In this document: positions 28,353-61,445 of the stretch, piece by piece
How the letters are laid out: each line of letters begins with the position of its first letter
Numbering within the stretch: the first letter of the stretch is position 1
NCBI GenBank assembly: GCA_040954595.2
Contig: CM082584.2
Location: 10,386,190 to 10,450,189, forward strand
Direction: 5' to 3'
Origin: Balanoglossus misakiensis
Taxonomy: Eukaryota > Animalia > Hemichordata
DNA: 64,000 nt
Program-made: the position numbers and the translations under genes
Notes under the pieces: generated by a model
Seen by the model: the letters and a program-made list of their open reading frames with translations, nothing else
What the model was told of the DNA's origin: nothing
Database searches by the model: none

Positions 28353-29099
28353 GAGTTGACCTTATCCAGTTGCTGTCATCATAAACGCGACCTGCATTTC
28401 CGTGACGTTTTTGCTCGGAAGATGAGTTGCATCTACAGTATGATCAAAAGCTTGCAGTTGCACACCGCCGCTCAAAGAGTACAGCCACATCTTTGTAAGA
28501 CGAGTTGTAGAACCGGCTGTTTGTGCACGAATATTGCCGCGCCCAGCACGTGAACTAAATAGTGATCAGCAGAGAGTATTCGGACGCTGAGATTAACAGA
28601 GTAGACGAATTTTCGGCAACTGGGCCCAACGAAGAGATGCGCTCTAGGGTGTGTGTGTGCATCATCCACCGTTCTTTTGTCCGACCGCAGCAAGAGATGA
28701 GATAAACAAACACGTTCATTAATTTGCCGCGTTCTGTTTGTCACGCTAACATCGTGAAACATCGTGAAACGGGTCATCGCCATTCCGGAGAAAGATGCGT
28801 CGAATCACTCGTCGCCCCTTTTACGCGTTTCAAGAATTCTGCCATGGTAACATAGCCGCCGAGAAACCATATTGATGCCATCACTATTCGCAATGAATAC
28901 CTGAGTGAGGATTGTGTGCAACCGCCAATAATCATCTGCAGGCACGTGACCAACGCTTTCCATGACGGTGATTTTTTACTTCATTCGTTTTCTAAGCTTC
29001 TCGGAGTGACACGCTGCCGGCGCTTGATATCACGACTTCCTGCCATCGCCTCGACACAGCCAGGTAAACGATTTTTTTGTCTGTGCTTATTACCAAAAT

Positions 29100-32012
29100 A
29101 TGGCGTTGGCACTTCACAGGGCAGTGCGGTGCGGTCGCTCACAACAGGTGCGCTATCTCATCGAGTGCGTGGACATCTTCGTGGACGTGAACGCCAGAGA
29201 CAGTGACGGGAAGACGGCTCTGATGCTCTGCTGTGAGCTGGAATCCGAGAGAGTTGCTGTAAATATAACAAGGCTTCTGCTAGAAAACGGCGCAGATGTG
29301 ATGTTGGGCAAAGGCGACGGCGTGAACGCGCTTCTGTACGCCTGTCAGCTCCGGCGACGAGGAGTAGTGGCCATATTTTTGGCCCAGGGAAACTGTAAGG
29401 TAACCCATAAGGACAACAGGGGATACACGGCCCTTCATTACGTGGCCGCGAACGGAGATTTCTCTATTCTCCTGATGCTCATCAAGTATCACAAGAAATA
29501 CAGAATCTCGGTGGATACCCTGACGAATGAAGGCGAGACGGCGTTGATACTAGCGGCGAAACATGGCCACGGCGAATGCGCCACGTTGCTGGTCGCCTAT
29601 GGCAACGCGTCACAAACAGTGCGAGATAATTTGGAGTTCAAGACAGCTTCCGAGTGGGCTCATCGCACTGATGGCGTTCCTTTCGTGGATAAGCCGACCA
29701 GAACACACGCAGAGAGCGGGGAAAACCGGGGAAAACGTGGAAGGACGCTGTCAGCGAGTGTTGTCGAACGGTCCGACCCGGGAGTCTTCGGTAACGCGCC
29801 GGGAAAGAGACCCCATTCGACGGGCTTCACGACCAATCACGAGAAACAGAGACTGTGCCTGTCGCAGAGCGATACAACCGCGAGCGTGTTAAATACTGAA
29901 TTTGAACACCCGCGTAATGCCGTGCACGACGAGGTCACCAGACTCTACGGAATCTACTGCGCACAGCATTCGACGTCGTACCGACTGCCCGCCAAGGTCG
30001 TCCAAATTCCGACGCCGTCGCCCGAACCGACCGAGGAAGATTCCTGGACGACGGAGGACGCGTACCCGCCGCCCGGAAGACTCGTCAGAAAGAAGAGTGC
30101 AAAGGGCGGCAAGCGGTTGCAAAACGAGGCCCAAAAACGACTGAACCACCTGACGACAACGGCGCAGACTGTAGCGGCAATCAAACGGAAAGCCCGGCTG
30201 GAGAGCATGCGACCCCGTACCCCGAGAAGACCCACCCGCCCCACCTCACCCGAGGCGGCCAACAGCGACGGTGAAAATTCGCGTTCATCCTCCCCTAGCA
30301 ACTCTCAAACTTCAAACAAACTCCTTCGGGGCCTGATGGCGAAGAAACTCCGACAAAGGAAATCCCTTTTCCAGACAGACAAAGTCGACGAAAATCGCGA
30401 CGGTGCAGAAACCCGCCAATCTGCGAGTGAGACATCGACCCCTACCAGCAGACCAAACAGCGTCAACTCAGATACTTCCAGTCTGGGCGGGAAAAAGAGT
30501 GGTTATTTACGCAGGAAGGAGTTTTTCACGGCTCTCTCTACAAACCTTCAGGTCATCCAGAGTGAATCAGAGACATGCACGCCAGAACCACCGCCAACAC
30601 GGCCGTCCCAGTTAAATTCATTCCCGTCAATCGACTCAGGCTTTGCCAGCCGGGGGTCCCCTCCCCATCCGCGGCCTCCGGAGAAAGCCCCGGCAAACGA
30701 GGACGCCAACGATGCCATGGAAACGACAGAGAACAAACAAGAAGGTGACGGCCTCCCAAGACCGAGTGCGGTGAGACCAAAATCCGCACGGAAGAAACTT
30801 CTCTTGCGGCGGCGTTCCAGCAAGATGATCGGGCAAAACATCTCGGCCAGAACCAGAAACGGAGAAATGCACACTAAGAACGGAAAAGATGACGGGAGCA
30901 AAGGGGAAGAGACGGCGTCTCGAGATTCGCCGAGTCTAAGACGCGGGACGCCAAAAGGGACGGGCTCCCCAACGATGGAAAGGGAAACCACCTCCCTGGA
31001 CACCGTCAGCGCAAATTTCAGGCACCGGAATCCGGAGTCGGCGCAGGCGAGTCCCAGGACACTGGCGGACGGCAACGTGTTCAAGTTCCCGAAGGGCCAG
31101 GGAAGCGGCGACAGTTTGCGGAGACCCCACTCACAGAATCGGACCTCCGCCACCCTGTTGGAACTGGACGCCCGGATACTGGAGTTGAAGAATGAGTTAA
31201 AGTTGATGAAAAAAAGGTCTCGGCTCAGTGCAAAGGGCAAAGTTGACTCCCCGTGTCCGTCGTCTTCGGATGAGTGGCAGAATGATAACCACCGGCAGGG
31301 AGGCGAGAAAGAAACCAAGCAGAACCAGGTGTACTTGATCGTGACGAAGGCAGACGATCCAAATGAAAGAAAACACAGCCAGCCGAAGAAGCGAGACAGC
31401 CCTCCCCGTTCAGGCGACGGCAGAAATCTGCTGCGTCCCTTTGAGAGAAGAGGCACGAAATCAGAGCTCGTGGTCGAGCCCCGCTTTGCGGAACTTCGGA
31501 AAATAAAAGGACTTGTTGCGGCCAATAATGACCAGGATACGAAGGTCGTGTCCGGGAAAAAGCGAACGAAGCCAAAGCGAAACAGACAGTTAACGGTCTC
31601 AGGCGAGATCTGTAGCGAAAGCACAGACAATTCTGGCAGAACATCGGAAGACAAAAACGAAGAGGAACAGCAGCGAGAGGTTGTGGACGACGAAAGCGAT
31701 CATGAAAACCGCGAAACTCAGCGGAAACTGGCGACGAAAGTGTTGGCGAAAAGACTGAAACATCCCGCGCACGCGCCGTCGCGCTTCATGTACTCTCTGT
31801 CCAAAAATGCCAAGAAGTCGAAGCGTGGCCGGGCCGCGGTGGTGAAAATCAACCCCGCGATAAGAATTTACCTGAAGAACGAAAGTCACCCGCTGACGAG
31901 AGCCAACAGAATGCCGTCCGTCGGACAAAATTCCAAATCGGTCAAGTCATCGAAGGATGCCCTGTACGGGGACCTACCGAAAGCTGTGAAGTCACTCTTT
32001 CGGGGCAAGTAG
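29100..32012 (+). CDS. Ankyrin-repeat protein, ANKRD63/ANKRD34-like, single coding exon (970 aa) with a long disordered basic/Ser-rich tail
   Basis: 2.9 kb ORF; N-terminal ANK repeats (GKTALMLCC, GVNALLYAC, GYTALHYVA, GETALILAAKHGHGEC); shares post-ANK motifs with the 12658 gene. Confidence 0.92.
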   Translation: MALALHRAVRCGRSQQVRYLIECVDIFVDVNARDSDGKTALMLCCELESERVAVNITRLLLENGADVMLGKGDGVNALLYACQLRRRGVVAIFLAQGNCKVTHKDNRGYTALHYVAANGDFSILLMLIKYHKKYRISVDTLTNEGETALILAAKHGHGECATLLVAYGNASQTVRDNLEFKTASEWAHRTDGVPFVDKPTRTHAESGENRGKRGRTLSASVVERSDPGVFGNAPGKRPHSTGFTTNHEKQRLCLSQSDTTASVLNTEFEHPRNAVHDEVTRLYGIYCAQHSTSYRLPAKVVQIPTPSPEPTEEDSWTTEDAYPPPGRLVRKKSAKGGKRLQNEAQKRLNHLTTTAQTVAAIKRKARLESMRPRTPRRPTRPTSPEAANSDGENSRSSSPSNSQTSNKLLRGLMAKKLRQRKSLFQTDKVDENRDGAETRQSASETSTPTSRPNSVNSDTSSLGGKKSGYLRRKEFFTALSTNLQVIQSESETCTPEPPPTRPSQLNSFPSIDSGFASRGSPPHPRPPEKAPANEDANDAMETTENKQEGDGLPRPSAVRPKSARKKLLLRRRSSKMIGQNISARTRNGEMHTKNGKDDGSKGEETASRDSPSLRRGTPKGTGSPTMERETTSLDTVSANFRHRNPESAQASPRTLADGNVFKFPKGQGSGDSLRRPHSQNRTSATLLELDARILELKNELKLMKKRSRLSAKGKVDSPCPSSSDEWQNDNHRQGGEKETKQNQVYLIVTKADDPNERKHSQPKKRDSPPRSGDGRNLLRPFERRGTKSELVVEPRFAELRKIKGLVAANNDQDTKVVSGKKRTKPKRNRQLTVSGEICSESTDNSGRTSEDKNEEEQQREVVDDESDHENRETQRKLATKVLAKRLKHPAHAPSRFMYSLSKNAKKSKRGRAAVVKINPAIRIYLKNESHPLTRANRMPSVGQNSKSVKSSKDALYGDLPKAVKSLFRGK

Positions 32013-35000
32013 ATAATTGGCCAGACGGCGCGCATAGTGTTTGAAACAAACCTCACAATACCCATGAGATAAATTTACTGGTTCACAATTTTGAATTAAC
32101 TTGAGCCACTTGATATGCACAATGTACTGCCCACTATTGTAAGGTTGTTGGTAGCTTTACACTGACTCTTTAAGAAAAAGACGTTTGTTAAATTTAGTAT
32201 AAAACATATCACTCGAGTGCCAAATTTCAATTTACAAACAGCTGTTCGTTTATCTTGGATTTCACCAAGTCAAATTGTTCCCCGCGGTCTAATTTTTGAA
32301 AACTGTACAGAAATGAGCTAACTCGTCACACTTTCAAACAAGTATTTCGAAAATGACATAAATCTCTTTTAATGTGAATGTGAAGGGGGATAGGGGAACT
32401 TTATTGGACGATAGGATTCATAGAGTTCCTAAGCTTTCACAATTGTAACATTTTTCCGAGGCACAATTAATTTTATTGTAAAATAAAACCGGTGCACTGC
32501 CAGTACTTACGCAGGAACCCTGCTCATCGTTAATAATTCTATTCATAAATTGGCGCGTTGCTATGACGACATTCGGTATGGACACAATTATCGTTGCGCA
32601 CTCTTTAAACTACACGCCCGAGGGTGGTTACCCATGGGTATAAATCTCCCGTGTCTTCAATAATGCAGAATTAAAAGAGTTCAACCGATGAAAAAGCGCG
32701 CGTTTTATTATAAATTATGAAATAGTAATCAGGATAAATTTAGTATCTATTACTGAATTTTTTATTCAGTTAAAATAGCCTTAATAAGACTAGTTTCGTC
32801 TTTAACAATGTATTTAATATAATTGTCTATACACGCGTACACATAATGTTACATACGATCAATTGGAAACCGTGACGTTTTGGCATTTACCCGATGAATG
32901 AGAAAACTCGGTGCTTAATGAACGACACAGATAAAGCAGATTCGGGCATGGTTGTAGCTTGGTATAGCGATAGTGCAGTTATTACAACTACCGTTGAATT
33001 CTACGCTGTTTAACAATTATCTCCACGGGGTGCCTTCCCACCATGCAACGCATCAAGATATTTCCGTTGTGGGAATTGGCATATTATGATATTCACGATG
33101 CGTCGCTGGTGGCGCCTACCCTCGTTTGCGTCACTGCTTTTCAGGTTGTCCAGCCGTGTCAGGCACTGTGGGGTAGCGAACAGTCTAACCGAGTTAACTA
33201 GACTCTCAAGTGAACTCAAAATATTGTGCTCCAACCAGACTTTAGGATAACTGCGGCGCCTGTAATTCGTATTTTGTATTGTGCACTGACCAAAACAAAA
33301 CCCTGTGGGATTGTTTATTATGAATGGTTATCCAGTTTTTTGATGCAGGGGAGAGGTAGTAGAACATAGACTTGCCCAAAGTCTATGTTACGATAAAACA
33401 TAGAAGAATTTCAGCAAATTTTAGCGTGGGTGGAGTGAACGCGTTCGGAGTGGTGTGATCGTTCGTGACGTGGGCTTGGCTTGGCTATTTTCTATGAAAC
33501 ACACATTCGGAAGAATATTCATAAAGACAACAAAGCCATATGCAATTTGCTTTCTTTTTTATGAACAATGACAATTTACACAATTTAAAAGTACATGTAC
33601 ATGTAATGGCGATTCTATACCACAGCGTTTGTGCATTTGGGTCAGAAGCGAACAGTAATGGACTAAGATTATCAAGCTGTGTTTATCTAACACTGATAAA
33701 TAAAGTGGATCTATAACACGATGATGATGATCCCGGAACAGTTCAATATACAGGTATATGTGCCAGAGGTCCAACTGGCCAGAGTTTGTGAATCACTCAC
33801 TTACTGGCCCCGATAGAAAGACATCGTAAAACCAACGTTGGTACATGGTGTCAACCAAACGGCCTTGTACAATGACATAGTGCCCCTAACCCAGGATACA
33901 AGGTACATTAGCATTATATGCAAAATGTATCAGTGCCTTTGTTTCGGTATTAAAATTTCATGATAACGAACCATTATCAATGGTGAATATTCATATACCT
34001 CGAATCGCGCACTGCATAACGCAATTGGTCCAGTGCACTATATAATATATAGGCTCTTGGGTCACTGTTCGACAACACGCCTTAGTCAAAGTGCGTTGAA
34101 TCACTTGACGCATTATGATATACTGGCCCTTCTCTGTAGTAAATTCAGTTTACAAGTATCAACAACTCTATTTTCTAATTCATCACTTGTTAGCACACAA
34201 AAAACATGGCTGTTTTCCGTTGAAGCCACTTCGTCCTCCAAAGAACTCGAAACAATCAAATATGTTGGATACTGCATGTATGCCCACGTAAAAAACCTCC
34301 CACGGACATCTCCGTCAACTGATAAAAAAACTTTCTTATCTCCACAATGCAATTGGCTCAAATTTTATCAATCCGACAACCTTACAATGCTTCTGTTACC
34401 CGTCCCAGAATGCACCACGCGCTGCCCACGAGTAAAGGCGATTTCTTGAAGGTCCGGCTCCAAGTTCACATTTTCGCTGTCGCAGTGCTGAATTGCGTCC
34501 CCGATGTAAAGCAATGTATTTCAGAACAAAAAGTTTTATTTTTTCTTCAAATCTTTACACAGCACGTAATTTAATGTAATGATCATCTGAAGTGAGGCTG
34601 TAACCCCTGAAATGTTCACAAAGATATGAGTCGCTGTATTTCGGCGAGAGATCAATATATTTATATGGATTTATGAGAGCCTGTTGTCCCTGTCACCGAT
34701 AGTCATGTGCATAATAATCAACAGTAAGCGTACACGTACACTGTGTGTGCTCCACACAAATTGTACTTTGAGGAGCAATTGGCCCATTAACCAAAACTAG
34801 GGAACGCTGTTAAGGGTCATCTGAGTGTAGACCTCTGCACCGAATAACGCGACTAACAGCGGTACAGGTTGCCCAACCTTTACGCTTTTCAAATGTCTGC
34901 GTTTATGTAGAAACTTTCCTTTTACCTTCACAATGGAACTACCGCCACTTTTATTCATGTATTTCCTGAGGGGTGTATATTACTGTAAATGCTATTTACC

Positions 35001-37121
35001 ACTGACTCGGCAATCGCTGTTCAGTGATTTCGTAATTGACAGTTGCAAATAGTTTAGTTAAAAGCTAGGTAGATGTTCAGAAACGCGTAAATTCCTGAGA
35101 ATTACACAGCCTGGGGTTTCTTTGGAAAATCTTGGATATCTTTCCACAGCATAAACTGCGATTCAATCTGATCGATACTGCCATTTTGCTTAAAATATAC
35201 ATGTACATGTATGACATTGGTGTTATTTGTATCAAAGGTCGCTGCTCAAGGCCAAGGGTCATGACCTTAGTCCTTGACAGCATGTGACATTGCGATGAAA
35301 TAATTCCAAAGGTTCCTTAAAACTAGAGCGTGGTTGAACGACCAACAGTGACTTATCCGCCAGAGCTTTGAAGTTGCCGCCCTATCTCTAAATTGCACAA
35401 TTTTATGCGATTCGATAAGATTGGACTTAGTATAAGATACGAGAGCTCAAGAGGTGCTGATAAGCTTCGGCCAAACAAGCGCCGTGTTCATGCGTTCAAC
35501 GAATGAATTTCTAGCTATTAAGGCCCCATCACCCATTTTTTCTCTATACATATAATTGGTCCCGTTTGTACCAACAACAATGTCAAAAAGGGAGCGACTT
35601 TTTCCCTTGAAAGTTCAAAGTTCCTTAGTTGTTGTTTTTGGTTCGTAACGAACCAAATACAATTTGCTTTTCGTTATTTTGTATCGTTTTCTTTGATTCG
35701 GATTTTTTTGCTGAAGAAAATGCCAAAATCATGGCATTATGTACACAAGTGAACACTGAGTTCCACGGAACTACTTGCATATGTTCAGTTTGTGTATTTA
35801 AGGGTGGGTCTTCATCACATATGTACCCTCGATTCCTGAGTTGGTACGTGTGGCGTTTGGCCCTGTTCAGTCCAGAGATTGACTCTTCTGGTTGTAAGGT
35901 GACACTATGATTGGTTGGGCCGAGCATTTGCATATACGGTGAGAAGGGAACGCTGTGTGTAAAGCGAACGAAATGCATGTATGATTCTGGAGTGCAGCGT
36001 CTAAGTTCGTCATTGGTTTCCGATCGTCACTTCGCTGGCGAGAAATTTCGGTTGCATTTGATTGTTTAGAACAATTTTGTGTGTATAAGGATAAATGGGG
36101 GAGGGGGGTGACACCATATCTTTGCCATTTAAGTTTCTGTTGTTGTTTTTTAATTCAAAGTCAGAAGCTCTCTCTCCCTCCCCCTCTCCCCCCCCCCTCT
36201 CTCTCTCTCACTCGCATGCAAAGAGTTCTGGTGATACGATTTTGTTTACGGTGCGCATGTCAGCGAACAACTTTATATTGATCTTTAACAAGCGTTGCCA
36301 AGTAAACAAAACATCTATAAATTCGACATTACGTAGTTAAATCATAAGACCAGAAGTTCGCTGACAGATAAGCTTGATGTCATCGACCGCACGTACTCGC
36401 TGGGACAATGTTCAATTACGCAGAAAACAGTAACTGAATTGCCTCTTATGTTATCGCGTGATGTAGGTCGAAGACGTGACAGGTTTCAAACAATACTAAC
36501 GTTTGTGCCAATTGCTAGGCACGCCGAGATGGGGCTAAACTAGCCTGAAGTTGTTTGAATGGCGAAGCTTCCCATCTGATGGTGCTTTGCAATTGCATCG
36601 AGCACGAACGATTTCTTGTCTTGATATGCACGTCAGTCTGTCACTGTCAGACTCTCTCTTACTCTCTTTCGCCTCGCCTCGACCTTCTCTCCCTCCCTCC
36701 TTCCCCCTCTCTCTCTGAGCGACATTGTACATGCGAATACATATTTAATTATAACTTTCAACGCCATCTTGACGACAAATATACAATGTACGTACTCACG
36801 TAAACCAAGATTTTTTTATGCAACATGACTATTTTGCAACAGTGGTAGTTGAATCGAGTCTTTTAAACCAGAATGATAAAAAACCTATGGAACCACTTGC
36901 TATCTGTATAGTCGAATAAAATCTTCTCGTGATGGCAATTTGATGAGATTAAACTAAAGATGCGCCGAGGAAGCATTTTTCTACTATCAGATAATGGAAC
37001 AATTGGATTTGTTGGCGAATTTTCCTCAGCAACCAAGGCGTCTTGGCCGGATGCCCATCGTCTTCCATAAAAGTTGACTACCGTTCACCTCTATTTCTCG
37101 CACTTTATTTGCCAGGCTGTG

Positions 37122-37234
37122 ATTGGCCAGAATCCGTTGGTAGATGTCCAAAAAAGTTGACTTTTGGTATGTTATTGTTCGCTCTTTTTCTTATAAAAGG
37201 GGCCTGTCGTGCCCAGAGCGAGTAAGCTGCAGTT
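37122..37234 (+). promoter_or_regulatory. Core promoter of vitellogenin A
   Basis: Reverse CCAAT (ATTGG) at 37122-37126, TATAAAA at 37192-37198 and Inr-like GCAGTT at about 37229, ahead of the ATG at 37274. Confidence 0.65.
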
Positions 37235-37273
37235 TTTCTTCTAAACTGTACATCGCCGACGCCGACAGCAGTC

Positions 37274-49159
<11,886 letters not shown>

Positions 49160-50004
49160 TGACGCACAACACTGACATCACCAGACGTCGTAGGATAATG
49201 CCATTTACTTTACATATCATTCTCTGATTAATAGCACCTTCTGTTTGCTCAAAACCTTCTCAAACTGTGAATTTGTAGCATGTACTTTACTTTTCTTTGC
49301 TCCTTTTTTCCTTCTTTTTAGTTCAATTAAAAGAATCATCATTTAAAAACATACACTTATCTCCTCCTGTATTCTGACATGTTTTCTCAAGTCTGTGTGT
49401 GAAGAGCATAATATAAGAATCATGCATACTGTATATCTATTGGCCTACTTCGAAGCTTGGTGTTGTATTCATAATCTTTGTGGAAGCAGCTTGACCAAGT
49501 CTTGCACGCTGGACCGTGCCGCCAACACCCCAATCCCCGAACCCACCCCAAAACAGAGAATATTGGCTTCAGCTGTCCTCGCCTATCTTTACAATCACAC
49601 AGCAAGGACTGGCCATGAAGGACATCCAGGTGCATGGAAATTGGCTTAAGCGAGACAATCTGTTTGTGTGTCTTCAATACTTAGTCAACCAGACCTTTCA
49701 ACACCTGTTGTGCGTTTTAAATGAAATTCACATGTACTTCATATAAATATGTGCGGATATTCAATAACCAAGCGAATGTTCCGAGATATAGATTTTGAGG
49801 CGCAATGCTAAGAGTTGTTTGAACAGAACCATCCAAGATCATCCGAGATGATTCTGATCGACAGGGGCTCGATGCACCGCAGATTTGTCCTCGCCGTGGT
49901 TGGTTTACTTTTTTATGAGTCTGGCCAGACAGGAGAGTGGCCTCCGACACGTCAATCAGAGAAGGGAGGCCACTTTTAAAGTTAAAAATTGACAAACTTA
50001 TTGG

Positions 50005-50041
50005 TATAAAAGTCAACGGATAGAGTTTTCCGTTTGCAGTC
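50005..50041 (+). promoter_or_regulatory. Core promoter of vitellogenin B
   Basis: TATAAAA at 50005-50011 and Inr-like TGCAGT at about 50035-50040; ATG at 50100. Confidence 0.6.
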
Positions 50042-50099
50042 TTGGTTTTGGTCAGTTGGATTCATCGTCGTTCGTGATTCACTGACTGTCAATACCAGG

Positions 50100-60119
<10,020 letters not shown>

Positions 60120-61291
60120 ATAGTATACAGGTATGCAACCCCCCTTCTTATTTACACATAGATACATGTGGTGTCACGTTGCTCTATCTTGCAGTCTTGA
60201 CGACTTCATCTTTTTAAAAAAACGAACCCTTGTTTTGTTGCCTATAATCATTGGTTATTTTTCTTTACTCTCTTTTACAGACTGAAATAAGCACCCTACT
60301 GCCGACGTAATGATCAGAAGACTCTCAAAGATTGTTTTTTACGCTTTAGCTAATTTGGACAATTCGTCAATAACGTCGTTCTTTTCGTCGATTGAAGATA
60401 TTGAGAGATAGTACTTATCGATTGATGATAACCTGTGTGAATAGAATAGTAAGGTATCAACAACGGAGACATACGCTTTGCAGACAACGCTCTCGGGAGC
60501 CTAGATTTGATATCCTGTCTCATTGTGATGTAACAATAAAACGTTTTATACCACATACTTGCCGTTGTCTTCTCGTCAATGAATCTCGGGCGCAATATGC
60601 CATGATTCTTTCATTGCAATATTACGCCATGTAATCATGGTAACAGAGAGGTGGTTGGGGCCCTTCATGGTGTGACTGACGTGTTCTTATCCACATGTGT
60701 TCTTCCAAAACTATATTTTTCCTCTCGCTCCATGGGGGTTTCGTTTGTTACGAAGAGGTGAGCCGGGGGAATATTAGACTCGGAGGGAGTCATATTTCAC
60801 GAACGTGTACTATGATGTGAGAAAAGTTATAATACAATGCACACAATTGCATGAACATCAAAAACCAGTAGTCTTCCGTTCGTTCAATTATGCACCAACA
60901 AATCACGGCGATTAACATCAGAATGTCAGTCGAAACAATATTGCAAAGTGGAAGATAAACTGGAAAACCCTATTACATCGTAGCCAGATCGCCCTCATGA
61001 GGCCAGGTAATGCAACATGTCCATGACGTCACTGCTTGGCGCTAGTACCCTCGGATTGCCCATTTTTATTGTACCTTTGCTAAATGCGAATGTTTATCTG
61101 TGAGAATACCCGGAATATTTAGCTATTTTAACTACTGGAATGTGTTAAGGCATTAAAAGTTATGACTTCGTGCAACTCGTAATAATGCAGTATGCCGTAA
61201 AATTGGAAACTTTCGACAGAAAACCCAACTGTGTTCTCTTCCGTGTTCTGACCCAAAGGTTTAAATATGAGAAAGCTAGAGGGTCCTTATT

Positions 61292-61319
61292 GTCACATGA
61301 CCAAAGCTGACGCCATATT
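61292..61319 (+). promoter_or_regulatory. AP3D1 promoter: CLEAR/M-box-like E-box and YY1-like motif
   Basis: GTCACATGAC at 61292-61301 and CGCCATATT at 61311-61319, about 130-150 bp upstream of the ATG. Confidence 0.55.
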
Positions 61320-61445
61320 GGATGTGATCCTTACTTCCCAGGAAAATAATTACTGGGATTAAAAAAATCTGTGATGTGTATCGAGAAATAGCTATTTTCA
61401 TTTATTGAAGCGTAGTCTGAAACGAAAAGGCATACGGTCTTGACC

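Noticed and set aside
30548-31654. 368-aa antisense ORF
   Set aside because: Shadow of the GC-rich ankyrin CDS; no recognisable motifs.
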